A stretch of DNA of 64,000 bases from positions 225,376 through 289,375 of the forward strand of contig JAHLTZ010000033.1 of NCBI GenBank assembly GCA_025786725.1. The letters run 5' to 3'. The notes under the pieces are model-generated. The model was not told the DNA's origin, did not search any database, and saw only the letters and a list, made by a program, of their open reading frames with translations. This document shows positions 39,832-52,987 of this stretch, piece after piece. The stretch comes from Syncephalis fuscata S228. Taxonomy: Eukaryota > Fungi > Zoopagomycota. A program made the position numbers and the translations under genes. Position 1 is the first letter of the stretch; the number at the start of each line of letters is the position of its first letter.

Positions 39832-41408
39832 ATGGTTTGGATTAATTCGTCATCGCTAGAAGCAGTCCTATTGCTCACGATAGCAGTCGGAACATTATCG
39901 CCACAAACTTCTGCGGCTGACATTGATGCTATCGGCCAAGAGGAACAATATATATTTAGTTTAAAAAGAGGAGCCGAAAAAACAGCAGGTAAATATAAAA
40001 TACACCTAGTCTATTGTCATAATCATTGTTAAATCCATTGTAGCATTCGAACAAATTCGCCCACTTATCCGTCAGCGACGTTCACTCAATTGGCCCGATA
40101 GACAAGTATTCACAGGAAAGTTGAATTCTAAGCAAGCTGAACAGCTTAGCCAACATCCTGCCGTCCAGTCGATTGAGCTTGATCAGCGTATAAATGTCCA
40201 TGATCTTATGCCACAGATTGAACAGTCCAATTCCACGACCACCGTTCCAATGGTACGTCGTGCAAATCCTGCAATGCTCCAAGATGGATTGGTCAACTGG
40301 GGGTTGGAGCGTATTTGGCAACGTGAAGTTGTTGCTCATAATAGATATGAATATCCCGTAACTGCTGGGTACGTTGCTTAATAGATTACCATCTTAATCA
40401 TCATTATACTAATAATGTTTTGCCAACAATAGAACCAATGTCCATGTCTACATTATTGATTCGGGCATTGCTGTAGATCATCCAGAATTTGAAGGACGTG
40501 CCACTTTTGATGTTAATTTTGTAAATGATGAACCAGCACAAGATCTTGATGGCCATGGTAAGTTTAGGCAGAAATTTATAATTTTATTGCTTATTGTTTT
40601 ATAGGCACACATGTGGCAGGCATTGTAGGTGGCAGTAATCATGGCGTGGCCAAAAAAGCAAAAATTCACGCAGTCAAGGTGCTTAATGCAGATGGCGTAG
40701 GCTTTGTTTCGGACGTTGTCCGTGGCTTGTTATATGTGGCCCGCGCCACACCAACCAGCGCTAAAAGTCAAGTTATAAATAAAAACGCCGCAGCAAACAA
40801 CAAAAGCGCTCCTTTGAACACTATCCGCCCCAGAAATGTGCCCACCACGAGCAGCAGTGCTGGGCCTGTTAAAGCAGCAGCTTCCAATTCGATCCGAGTA
40901 GCTAACTTATCGCTACACACCGGCCGCTCCACATTCCTTAATGATGCCGTCACTTTTGCCTTTAATTCAGGCGTCGTAGTGGTGGCAGCCTCTGGCAACA
41001 CCGCGTCCGATGCTTGTGATACATCCCCTGCTTCAAGCGGACATGTCATTTCGGTAGGAGCCGTTGATCGAGCCGACCGCTTGGCTAGCTTTAGCGCCTT
41101 TGGTCGCTGCGTCAATATTCTGGCACCAGGGGTTAACATTGCATCCACTTGGAAGGATAAGTCAGTACAAATACTTTCAGGAACCAGGTAGGCTATGCGT
41201 TACTTTGATTGTTGATAATTCATCTCATGCTGTGATTAGTATGGCTAGTCCATTTGTAGCAGGTGCGGCTGCTTTGTATCTGGGCGAGAAACAATACAAT
41301 ACCCCGCAAGAAGTAGTCGATGAAATAGTTTCACATGCCACTAATTTACGCAGCGGATTAATAAGAGCGGACACGCCTGGACGTATATTGTACAGTTTGC
41401 CTTACTAA
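39832..41408 (+). CDS. Secreted subtilisin-like serine protease (S8A, proteinase K type) with prodomain; 5 exons
   Basis: Signal peptide; WGLERI; catalytic D (IIDSGI), H (GHGTHVAG), oxyanion N (ASGN), S (SGTSMASPFVAG). Confidence 0.93.
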
Positions 41409-42179
41409 AGACAATATTTTATTAATTTTTTGCATAAATTAAAAGCGATGCAGTATAAACTGGCCTAAACTTGATAAAACTGGAATTTATTAAATCAGCT
41501 ATTTTTAATGACAAAATGACGAATATTTAAAACGATTATTTGTAACAGAATTTCAGTAAAAAGTTCAAAAAATGTCCTTGCCTTGACTCAATTAACTGGG
41601 TGATTAACATTATGATGTCTTCACCAGTGTGTTTATAGGCCTATAGAGTTAACTTATTTATATGGTAATTGACAATAATGCTACCGCCCAAGCAACAGGC
41701 TAGCAGTGTGGTGAAGTTTTAGCCAGATACTTTTCGTTACCAAGTTTAATCACATGCTTGTATACACAATCTGAGGCCTTAATGGGTATAGATAATAGGA
41801 ATAAAATAGGCAACGTTTACTTGGCCGAAATCCTTAGATGTTTAGATGTAAAACATCATAATAAACAGCAGTCGGAGTGACCATTATTCCAATATTCCTA
41901 AATTTGGTAAAATTGAGACCTTGTAAAATATCTAATTAACTAAATATTTGTATAAATTTACGTCTGCATTAACAAAACACTTTGCACCTATGTCCGCGCA
42001 TTATTTCATTTTTATCAACCATCTATAACGCTTTTATAAAGTGTTTTACGTCTAACGTCCATTTGGAATAATTTACTATTCCTCTTTGGCCACATCAATA
42101 TCCTAATCAATCAATCATTTATTTATTTAATACTGCGTATTATAACTACTTGCGTTTATCGGCAGCTAACATCTTCAAA

Positions 42180-44162
42180 ATGCATATCAACATAAGTGTT
42201 ACTTCGTTAATCTTAGCGTTTTTTGGCGTTGCTTCATGTACAAGTCAACGAATTAATGTCAAACCAATTATTCCAAGCATTGCTTCTAAATCAGAAACTC
42301 GTAGCTTATCGCCAAATTTAAGCAACTACAAGCCGCCAATATCTTTTGTATTTAACGATCCTCAAGAAGTGGCACTTCAATTTGCTCGTTCTCAACTCAG
42401 TGTCAAAGACGGTGATTTTGTAATATCAAGCTTTTACAAATCCGACACCAGCGACATCACTCACGTTTACCTTCAACAAATCATCAAAGGAGTCAAAGTT
42501 TCCAATGGCCAAGTTAGCATTCATGTCAGTAAAGCAAACAAAGTTATTGCTTATAATGATAGCTTCTTCAAAGATAGCTTGGCTGAACAGCCACATCAAC
42601 CCGCCCATACTAGTCAGCCTAATACCAATAGGCTGGTATTACAACGACTTAATACATGGAATGGTCACACAGGTGGATTTGTTTCTCCTATTAAGGCCTT
42701 CAGCGTATTTGCCTCATACATTGACCAGCCATTTGATGCGGAAAACATAACGATTGTCTCACAAACCAGCCAATTTGGTGGCCAATCCTACTTACTTAAA
42801 GGCGTTGGATTTGCCACACAAGACATAGAAGTAGAACAGTCATACATCCAGACTAATGCCAGTGAGCTAGTTCCAGCCTGGAAATACATTGTCAAAATGC
42901 CAATCAACCATTTTCATGTTCATATAACTGCCGATGGTAAAAGTATCATTTCGTTGTTTGATTTGGTTAAATTCGCTAGTTATCGCGTAGTTAAAGCTGG
43001 CGAAAATAATCCTATTAGCACACCACGCGAATTACTCGTCGATCCTGCCGATAAGATTGCCTCTCCGAACGGCTGGCACGTTCAAGGCAACAAAAAGTTC
43101 ACAACGACGATCGGTAACAATGTCTACGCCCAGGAGAATTACAAAGATAATGATCTAAGCTGGCAGTCAAATTATCGACCAGATGGCAAAAAAGACTTGA
43201 AATTCGACTTCCCATTTGATTCTAAAAAGGGGCCAAAAGATAATGTCGATGCAGCAATTACCAATCTATTTTATATGGTTAATACATTGCATGATCTTTT
43301 CTATCGCTACGGCTTTAATGAAAAGGCAGGCAATTTTCAAGAAGACAATGGTAAAAATGGTGGCAAAGGTGGCGATGCCATTATTGCCGATGCTCTTGCT
43401 AGATACGATTTGCCTGCCTCTCGATCAACAAGAAATGACGGCGTCTTCTATGTAAACGCTGATGGCATAAAATCGAGACTGACCATCTACGTTTCAAATC
43501 GAACAAATCCAGATCGCGATGGCGACTTTGAAAATGATATTATAGCACACGAGTATGGACATGGTGTTTCAAACCGATTGACTGGCGGTCCAGAGACAGT
43601 ATCTTGTTTAGTGGACGATGAAGCAGCGGGTATGGACGAGGGATGGAGCGACTTCTATGCCTATTGGCTTGAAATGAAGCCATTGGATAAACCAACAAAA
43701 ACATTTGAAATGGGTAAATATACACAAACTAAAGGGCTCCGCAATTACCCGTATTCGACAGACACCAAAATCAATCCTACAATGTACAATTACTTAGATA
43801 AAGATGAATGGATCGCAGATCCACACTATATCGGTGAAGTATGGGCTAACATGCTTTATGAAATGTATTGGACATTGGTCAACAAACTCGGTTTTCAAGA
43901 AGATAAATACTCGGCCGATGTTAAAAAAGGTAATACGCTTGCTCTTAAGCTTGTAATTACTGGATTAACATTACAGCCGTGCAATCCAACTTTCGTCACG
44001 GCTCGTAATGCCATTCTTGAGGCAGAGAAGCAGCTAACGGGCGGTAGACATGCTTGCGATATTTGGAAGGCGTTTGCTAAGCGAGGAGTCGGAGCAAATG
44101 CCAATTATGAATGGAACGAAAGAACACAAAGCACTGAGCTGCCTGACCAGTGCAAAAAATAA
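42180..44162 (+). CDS. Secreted fungalysin metallopeptidase (M36) with FTP prodomain, intronless
   Basis: Signal peptide; THVYLQQ, ASPNGWH, TTIGNNV, YGFNEKAGNFQ, HEYGHGVSNRLTGG (HExxH), EGWSD, QPCNPTF..RNAI, FAKRGVG. Confidence 0.96.
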   Translation: MHINISVTSLILAFFGVASCTSQRINVKPIIPSIASKSETRSLSPNLSNYKPPISFVFNDPQEVALQFARSQLSVKDGDFVISSFYKSDTSDITHVYLQQIIKGVKVSNGQVSIHVSKANKVIAYNDSFFKDSLAEQPHQPAHTSQPNTNRLVLQRLNTWNGHTGGFVSPIKAFSVFASYIDQPFDAENITIVSQTSQFGGQSYLLKGVGFATQDIEVEQSYIQTNASELVPAWKYIVKMPINHFHVHITADGKSIISLFDLVKFASYRVVKAGENNPISTPRELLVDPADKIASPNGWHVQGNKKFTTTIGNNVYAQENYKDNDLSWQSNYRPDGKKDLKFDFPFDSKKGPKDNVDAAITNLFYMVNTLHDLFYRYGFNEKAGNFQEDNGKNGGKGGDAIIADALARYDLPASRSTRNDGVFYVNADGIKSRLTIYVSNRTNPDRDGDFENDIIAHEYGHGVSNRLTGGPETVSCLVDDEAAGMDEGWSDFYAYWLEMKPLDKPTKTFEMGKYTQTKGLRNYPYSTDTKINPTMYNYLDKDEWIADPHYIGEVWANMLYEMYWTLVNKLGFQEDKYSADVKKGNTLALKLVITGLTLQPCNPTFVTARNAILEAEKQLTGGRHACDIWKAFAKRGVGANANYEWNERTQSTELPDQCKK

Positions 44163-44291
44163 CATTGTTACAAGTTGATTAGTTAATTATATATAAATAA
44201 ATTATTATTATGTCTATAAGACTTGATAGGTTATTTACAAATGCATTGCCAGATATCAGGCTATATTTATTTAGACAATGACAAACACGAT

Positions 44292-46769
44292 CTACAAGTT
44301 AGATACGGTGTCTTCAATGGCACAATCAACTTGGTAAGCAAATCGGATTGATTTAGATTCAGATGGGGTAATACGCAAGGTCCATTCCAAAAGCCCATTG
44401 GGATGGGACCGTACGTTCTTGGGACCAGTAGATGTGGTCGGCAATCCATCGGCATCGCCTTTATCAGCTTGACTAGCGGCATTAGTGCTAGGTGTCTCTT
44501 CGTTCGGCAAGCCTGGCAACGATGTAACGTCATGATGATCCGGTGTATTAATAGCACCGTGAGTATAGCCTAATGCCAGCTTCACCATATTCTTGGCCGG
44601 CTCTGTAAGTTCTACACGAAGACGTTCTTCCTCGCTGACAGGCATTTGATCAAATACTTGTACAAAAATCGGTTTACTGCGCCCATTTCTTATATGGATG
44701 CTTTGTTCAAATGCTTGCATACGCACACGGTTTAGAAATCCGCCAGTAAGGATCTTCTTCTTGCGCGAAGGATAGGCAATACTGACAGATGGGTCCGCGC
44801 CCAATGGACAAGTAAATTTCTCTCCAACAGCAACACGCTTTTTTTAATTAGTATTACAGTTAGATAATTAAATTTTACTTACTTGAATTTCTGATTTTGT
44901 CACATAGCTTCCGTCTACATAAATGTTGCAAGGACCGGGGAACAATGGTAGATCGGTATCGTTCTTGGCAAATGCCTACAAGTTAATTAGACGCTAATCA
45001 ATATTATTAATCTTTATGCAAACTCAGTTACGTACCCGAAGATATACATGAGAGCCTGATATTTTGGGGAAAGCTACATGAATGAATGTTGCCTTGATAT
45101 CCAACACAGCAACTAGCAAATAAGGTTAATTAAACTTGTTAAACAATCAGCTATTAAGTACTTACTTGTAACACGATGCGGAGCGTTGTCACTTGGCACA
45201 GTGGCATCGGCATTGACTTCAAACGCAGACATCATACCTTTAAGTAGCGCGGCGGCATGCGACGGGCCAATGACAGATTCCGCGTCGTCTTCGTCCATAT
45301 CTTCTTCGATGGTAGAACCTCTAGCTAATGAAAAGTCATCTAAAGCAGTGGTGCCTGGAGGAGCCCCAAATAATCCACTTCCAGGCTGGTTGCCAAATAA
45401 TCCACCTGTAGCCTGGCTGCCAAATCCATCTGTAGGTTGGCTGCCAAATCCACCTGTAGGTTGGCTGCCAAATCCACGTGTATTATTAGCGGGCGAACCT
45501 ATCGTTAATATTTAGTAAAATTTAGGCATATTTAATATAAATATACATACCAAACACCTGTGTACTAGTTACGGTTGTTTGTTGAGCTGATCTAAATCGG
45601 GTAGCCATTTGAAGTTGCATTTGCTGTGCCGCTTGTGGAACAGCAGCAGCAGCAGGTGGTGGTGGTGGTGGCGGCGCACCATTTAAACGATTATTTACCA
45701 AGGAAACGCGCCATGGAATAATTTTGTTTGGAATGCTATTCTGCAATGATGGCATAGCAGTCGATAGCTTCATACGTATAGAGTTCCATTCCTCTGACGT
45801 GTTTTGCACCACCTCAGCCATGTAGTGTAGCTCCATTTGCTGACGGTCGCTAGAGACACGTACATCATAACGTGGTGACCAACGAGCACCATGAACAACT
45901 GTAAAACAATTTATAAATAAATTACGCTTGCTATACTTTTACACTTACCGTAGGAAAGTCGAAACTCTGCATTATCTAGTGCCTCGTCAGCTTCTAGAAC
46001 CACTTTGACTGTAAACCACGTTTTCTCTTTTTTTTTGCTTTCATGAACTGTGTTTAATATATTGCGCTCACGAGTGATGCGACGTTCCACGTCACGTATC
46101 TCTCGTTTGCACCTGAGTGTTCGAGTAGCTAGATCACGACTTTTCTCTGCGTATAAATCCAACAATGCACGAAAACCATCTACATCGTTGGTTTTCTTTG
46201 GAATATCGCCATCAGCTTGATTCTTTCCTTGACCAGCGAACATGAATGAATATGATTCTAATAACTTGTAATCCATGTTAAGACGTTCCAATTCAAGGTC
46301 CAAATCCTCTTTTTGCCGTTCAAGCAACAATAGCTTCCGATGCTTGCTTTTCCGAGTTACTCGACCAGTATCGACTGCTTGACTAGCACCGGTAACAGCA
46401 GCATCGGCCATAACATCAATTAATTCTTCTTCACCGCTATCTTCTTCTCATCCTTGTCAGGATCAACCTTGCTTACATGATGAGATACATCCAGAATAAC
46501 AATACGGGATGTGGTTTCAACTCTAATATGTATTTAGCGTGCAGTATAAGCAGTTACAATAGTACTTACCGAACGGTATCGCCACTAAGTTGTGACGATA
46601 AACCAATCACCTCGATTTCATTGCGGCCGGGCTGCAGTGAAAGGCCGCGAATTGGACGGCACACTTCGGCTCGATCCGAATAAACCACTGCCTCTCGTGC
46701 TGGATGATCACGAGCTCTTATTTTGTGTTTATTTGTAGCCATGGTGGTGTCAATAACGTTCTGCGTCAT
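44292..46769 (-). CDS. DUF4140/DUF4139 domain protein, multi-exon; 1-nt deletion near 46447
   Basis: VVYSDRAEVCR N-terminus, coiled coil, ARWSPRYDVR, AEVVQNTSEEW..LSTA.P, VPSDNAPHRVT, LPLFPGPCNIYVDG, CPLGADPSV, DQMPVSEEERLRVEL. Confidence 0.85.
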
Positions 46770-46890
46770 GCTGTTACAGTAAGCTACTTGATAAATGTCG
46801 GGTAGTTGATAACAATAATAACAGACAATCAGAAAAAGCAGTGACAATAAAGCAAAGGGTTAGTGTCGAATTAAAACTTTATTTATACTT

Positions 46891-46914
46891 GCCACGTCAG
46901 CGCATGACTCAGCA
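46891..46914. promoter_or_regulatory. Adjacent bZIP-type sites GCCACGTCA and ATGACTCAGCA upstream of the DUF4139 gene
   Basis: 120-145 bp upstream of the ATG; a further TGACTCA at 46982-46988. Confidence 0.35.
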
Positions 46915-49900
46915 TTCCTCAAAAAAAAAGTCAAAAGCGGTAGTGCATCTATTTATGGCTTGTGTTCACCTTTGCATGGCGTGACTCAATATAGCTCTCC
47001 ATGCCTTTTACATAAACAACATCGCCTTTATTGCAATAGAATACGATACATTTGTAAACAGTTATTTCTTTTTTAACAGTAAGCCATTGTTTATTTCACA
47101 AAGTACACCATCGTCTCAACTTTTTCCTGGCAAATGTTCTATAATATACCGACATATTGGGTTGATTAACTTTGCTCTTTTAAATAAACTTTGTTGTAGA
47201 TATTTCTAGCTCACATCTTTATAAATATTGACTGACAGGGTCCACAGCTCACAGTCTACGCCATCGCATTTTTCTTTTTCTTTTTTCACTTAATAGTATA
47301 TATCCATTGCATTTGCTTTAAAATCTATATATAGTGTCAAAAATCTACGGTGTATGTCTCTATTGTTAAATTGTTTAAAATAAACAGGCAACCAAGTTAT
47401 TGTTTTATATGATTGACATTATAGTATAATAAACTATTGTTATTTCTGAATTAAATTATCTATTTTTACTTGGCTGTTGCTCTTGTGAACATAATTGCAT
47501 AAAGATTTAAATATAAATTATTAGATTGTTATCATTATTCATATTTTTGTATTGTTCTATAAATAAAAAAGGGTATATATATATATGCATTATTTTTGCT
47601 GGATACCATGTAGTTACATCAGTATATTTATAATCGAAATAAACTATCTTTATAAACAGTGTCATCAACACACGTTACCATTTTTTGACTATAAGGTAGC
47701 ATTCGGTAAAATTGCTGTAACTTTAATAAAGAAATGCCACACTACTATTTAATAAATAATTATGTCATTAATAAAACAGCTTTTTACACATTAAATATTA
47801 AGGTATCGTTTAAAAGTTATAGTTTAATAACAGCATAAACAAAAACATACAATAATCTCGAAACAAAAGTACCTTTATAAAACTTGAAATGTATGTAGAA
47901 ATCATACAATACTACAAAGATTACAATTGAATCGAGTGTCATGCCGACATGTGTCCAAGAACATACATAAGCTAGACGGTTGTTACGCATTCAACGGATT
48001 CCGAAAAAGAATGCACATGGCTAGATGGTGCTGATGGCGTATAGCCAAAACATCAAAGAGGTAAATAACGAATTGATGATGGTTGTGGTAGTAGTAAGTG
48101 CGGCGGCGGCGGCGGTAGTGGGTAAAGCGGCGGCAATAATTGCGGCGGCTAAAGCGACTACGGCGGCGGCGGCGGCGGCAAGAACAGTGGTGATTGCAGT
48201 GCTACAGAAAGCGACCGTTACTGTTATGATTATTGTGCATACTGGTTTGTCATTGCCAGTAGCGGTGTATAGAAAAGAAAATGAGAAAATATCGTCAATA
48301 AAGTCAAAAAAGGCATATGCGTGGACTAAACGGATTTTTCCGTCTTGCCTACGTGTGGCTACAGCCGACCAGGACATATATATCCACACGTGTGCATTGT
48401 CGCTCGCTTGCAGCCATGTATCAAATGCATAGGAAAAATGCATGAAAGGCGATGGAAAGACACGCAAAAAATGCAAAAAACAAAACAATATGGGCATACG
48501 CAAGAACGGCGAGCAATATGAGGAAAGCCTCTATAAAGGAGTAGGGAACTTAAAGGTTCTAACAAGACGGATATTATATGACGGTGTGTATGTGTGTTGT
48601 AGTATAAAAGAAAGACAGAAGCAGTAACGAATACTTTTTGGATACTATAGAATAAACTAAATCAAACTATAAAGTCACGAGTATTCGCAATTACGCATTG
48701 CTGCTCTAGCAGTAAGTGACTGCTAGATGATGCACATGCAAGCCAACAAAACAGGCAGGCAGACAGCAAGCAACCGACAAGCCGAGTCCATCTGAAGGTG
48801 CACATCGGAATTGTTGCCGGCGCGAACGCTTTAAAAGCAGTTGTTGATAACCAATCGCTTTTCATGCTGTATATTTGCCGAAGCAAATAAAGAGCGAAAA
48901 GACAATTAGCATAGGAGCGCGCGCAGGCGGTGAATAGCGATATCTGACAAATTTACAGTTAATAACAGCAAATACTTGAAAGACTGGATGATCGGCTTAG
49001 ATGGACTGTTTCCTTTGAATAAGGAGGTTAGGTGAGTAGATGCGTCCGGGAGGGCTCTATCGGAATAAAGAGCGGACGTGTGGCTAGTTGTTGTTATGGT
49101 GGTGGTGGTAGTATTGTTGATATTGGCGGTGATGATGATAATTATGGTGGTGGCGAATTGGATGAATCAGGAAGGTGAATATTAGTGTATATAATAGTAA
49201 CTTTTGCCTAACTGCAAAAGGCGCATCAATACAGTACATGAATGATGTACCAATCAATGCTTCTAAATGGGAACCTGCGAGAGAAATATAGGTAGCGCCC
49301 CGTGGACACAAGAGTGCGTATGTGTCAGATCGTACAATGATCCAACTGCATTCTTTATGTCACGTGTGCGCATCTGTATTAACTGCGCATCTGCATAAGT
49401 GTATAAGAGATAAGCCATATAGAAATACGAAACGCAAAACAAACGCCTAGTAAACAAAAAGGCAAACAAATAGACACAGAAACAAAGAACGCAGGTATAA
49501 TATGAATAATAGCATGAGTAATATGTGAGTGGACGAGATAAGAGAAACGGAAGGGAAGAGCAAGATATGAAAGAAAAGTAGTATGGTGATTAAGGGAAGA
49601 GCGGTGGTATGATGAAGAAGGGACTCGCCAATCAACGCGATATATGGATGATATACGCGCGCATGTTAGCTCATGTATGTGTATATGTGTGTGTGTATAA
49701 ACGTAGCGAATAGTATTCACTTCGATAGACCGAAAAAAAAACTAGCGAGTAAATTGCTACAACAAGTAGTTACTTTTATGCCGGTCTATCCTACAAAATA
49801 TGAAATGTAATTAACAGTCGAGACCGTGGATGCATGATGTGATGAGTGGTATAGCACCAATAGGTAGGTGGGGAAATAGAGCGGATCGGATTGGTGCTAA

Positions 49901-51255
49901 GGTCGAATGTAATACGAAGCTGAATTTTGACTGGAGTTATGTTGATGGATGGATGGATGGATGGATGAGTTAATTAGTTAGTTGATAGGCGGGAAATCGT
50001 CAAAGCATTAGTATCAGGCATGAAAAACGTAATAAGAACTGTGTGTCAACCATTTGTAAAAGTTGAAAGCGTGTTCACCATGTAGATAGTAATATGTTGT
50101 TATAACAAAAAGATAAAGTGGCAGCTCTGGATAACAGTTGCATTACGTGGCGCGTCATCAAATTAAAGGCTGACCATTAAGTGTTGTCGAGTATAATAGC
50201 AATATAGTACTAATGTTATAGGCTGTTATTAAAGTGAGTATAAAAACCAACACGATTACAAATCAAAAGCAATTGTGTCAGAAATAGTATTCTGTTATTA
50301 CACAATCGATTGACATCTATTAAAAATAAGTATAAAGCAACCGTATTTTAAATGATCAAAATACAATATTTGATGAAATAAATTAAAAGTTAAATATAAA
50401 CTATCACGGCAGCAGTTATAAAGTAACAATAATAAAATTGTACTTTATACGCGCACGATAATAATTTAATTAGCCTAAATTTATACACCATGCTTTATAA
50501 CTATTTTGTAATAAATGCTGCTTGTATAATATTGCAATCTGTATAATTTCAAGTACTACCTATTAATAACTGACCTTAAATTATTAGTAAATATACTATT
50601 ATATCTTAACAAAAGTAATGTAGCTGTTAATTCGTGCGCAGACACACGTTATTGGCGACTGTTTCACAGATAGGTATCTTAAGTTACAACTGTTACCATA
50701 ACTATCTAAAAGTGCCTATGGTTGAACATTTTCATCTCGTAGCACAGATCCATTGCCTTAGCCAAACGTATCTCCCGCCTACCAGTAACTAAACTCCAGT
50801 GCAAAAAACAGTGAATGGCGCGAGGGAATAGCGTAAAGGTGAAAAAGAGGATGGTGATGATGATGGTGATGATGATGTAGTTGTGGCATAGAATATCACA
50901 AACAGTAAGTTTGAGAAGGATTAAAAAACATATACAAAATTATTAGTATATATTAGCGGCTATACAAAGTAATTGTATTACTGGCTAAATATACAATTAA
51001 TAATAATATAGTTTTTGAACCATTCGTAAAAAAACACGTCATCGACAGGGAATAGGAAAGATAGTAGAGTAGAGTAGAGTAGAGAAATGAATCGAGGAAG
51101 AAAAAGAACAGCAAAAAGTGCTGACAAATTAAACAAAGCGTAACAAACGTCATAATACGATAATGAAGCGGAACAGCAAACGTAAAAAAGAACCAAAAGG
51201 CAAACGAAGAAGGAAAGGAAAGGAACGCGCGCGCATACAAATCGCCATTTTTTGC

Positions 51256-52401
51256 TTAATGGAAGAAAGAAGCTGGAACGGCTGGGGTGCGAATAGCACC
51301 GGGATACGCTAGGTTAGGCTGTGGGTGTGGCAATTGATGTCCATAGCCAAAGGTAGGCGAGTGGTTGTTTACTGGTGAAGGCATACCTGTTACCTGTGGC
51401 AAATGGCGCGTCTCAAGCATTGGACGTGGCAAATGGAAGCTGGTCAATGAATGAGCAGCTTGCTTGTCAGCAGCAGATAGCATCATAGCCGTAGGCACTG
51501 GCTCAGTTTCTGGAGTCAATGGCAATGGCGAGGGACTAGCCGACTCGCTTATGGCAGTGTGGCCCCCGTGGATCGATGTAGTTGGGTGCTTGAAGGTGAG
51601 TTGAAATTCCTTCCACTGTGGGCTATGATAGTTACGCTCGTGACGAGTTAAAGTCGTGCGACGAGTAAAGGTTTTGCCACAACCTGGATGCTGGCAAGCA
51701 TATGGACGTTTGCCCGTGTGAGTACGACGGTGGCGGGCCAATGAAGACGACTAAATAATACAGTGCACATAGGTAAAACAATTAAAACAGTCAGTCATCG
51801 TCATTTTTACGTAATAAGGCGGTATTACTACAGATATATGCATACTGTTTCATGATACGCATACATTTTGAAACTACCACCTTATAGGTAGTGCATAACT
51901 AGAAACAATACTTACATCGCTAAACGACTTGTTACAGCCTTCCCATTCGCAAACATGTGGGCGCTCGCCTGTATGCGTACGGAAGTGAACGGTAAGTGCC
52001 GAGCGCTGGATGAACTTTTTATGGCATCCAGGCCATTCACAAGTGTAGGGCCGTTCACCGGTATGGATACGGCGATGGCGTGCCAAATCAGATCGGCGCG
52101 AGAATGTCTTGTTGCAGTCGGCCCAGTCACAGGAATGACTTCCGGGCCGGTCGAGTGGAGAGCCAGACAATGAGTGCACCGAGTTGACCGGTGATATGGG
52201 CATGCCATCAAGGCTTTCCATGCTGGCCAACGCCGTTGTAGACAAGGCATGTAAGCCGGCCAACGGAATAGGCGAAGGCAGCGAATAGCGCTCAGAATGG
52301 CACATAATTTCAGGTGCCGACTCGTAGTCCAAGTCGGGTGAAGCGCATGGAGACATATCCATGACCTCTTCTTCGTGGTTCAGAATCAGGCTAAAGTCCA
52401 T
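51256..52401 (-). CDS. C2H2 zinc-finger transcription factor with four fingers; intron 51751-51915
   Basis: [46 protein letters not shown]|SSSLARH..H TGKRPY CQHPGC..H..H. GTAAGT donor and TAG acceptor keep the frame. Confidence 0.95.
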
Positions 52402-52964
52402 TATGTGACTATAGATCAATAAAAGACGTCAATACAGTAGAGCTAAAGTTTAAAGTTCAATTGAATGATTAATACAGTTTGTGCTATTAATAGGCGCTTC
52501 TTACAAAAAGGGAAAGGGCGCTACCAGAGCCGTAGAATGGAAATAGGATAGCTATTGCGAGATTACAGTGGTCAACCGTCTATGCAAGCGTACGTATGTA
52601 TATATGAACGAAGTAAGCTATTATGCGTCTAACGAGAAGATGGATGGCAGATAATAATGGTGGTAATGACCAGGTTCGCAAGTAATATAGGCAGTAGTAG
52701 TGAGGAATCACAAGTATATAAAGAGTGGTGACAAAATAGGTGTAATAAAGCGCAACAGATTACAGTAAATGTGCTAGACAAGGAACTATGAGCGCTGGTA
52801 ATATAGAAGTGAGGGAATTGGTGGTGGTAGTGGTTGTTGTAGTAGTAAAAAGTGTCGCAGTAGACGCAAGTATGCGTATGAAGGAAACAAGGAAGGATGC
52901 GAGTAATGAAAACGAAAAGGAAATTCGCGCAATAGACACAACAGTGACTAGAAGTGTGTGTAGA

Positions 52965-52987
52965 TGTGTGTGTGTGTGTGTGTGTGT
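52965..52987. repeat. (TG)n microsatellite; similar tracts at 29508-29520, 54858-54883, 56207-56242 and (GGAT)n at 49946-49966
   Basis: Direct reading of the sequence. Confidence 0.9.

Noticed and set aside
45186-45515. Plus-strand ORF with WLPNP repeats
   Set aside because: Antisense shadow of the FG/GLFG exon of the DUF4139 gene.
48021-48503. Poly-Ala ORFs on both strands as real proteins
   Set aside because: Openness is explained by GCG/GTN triplet repeats; no domain signal or convincing start.
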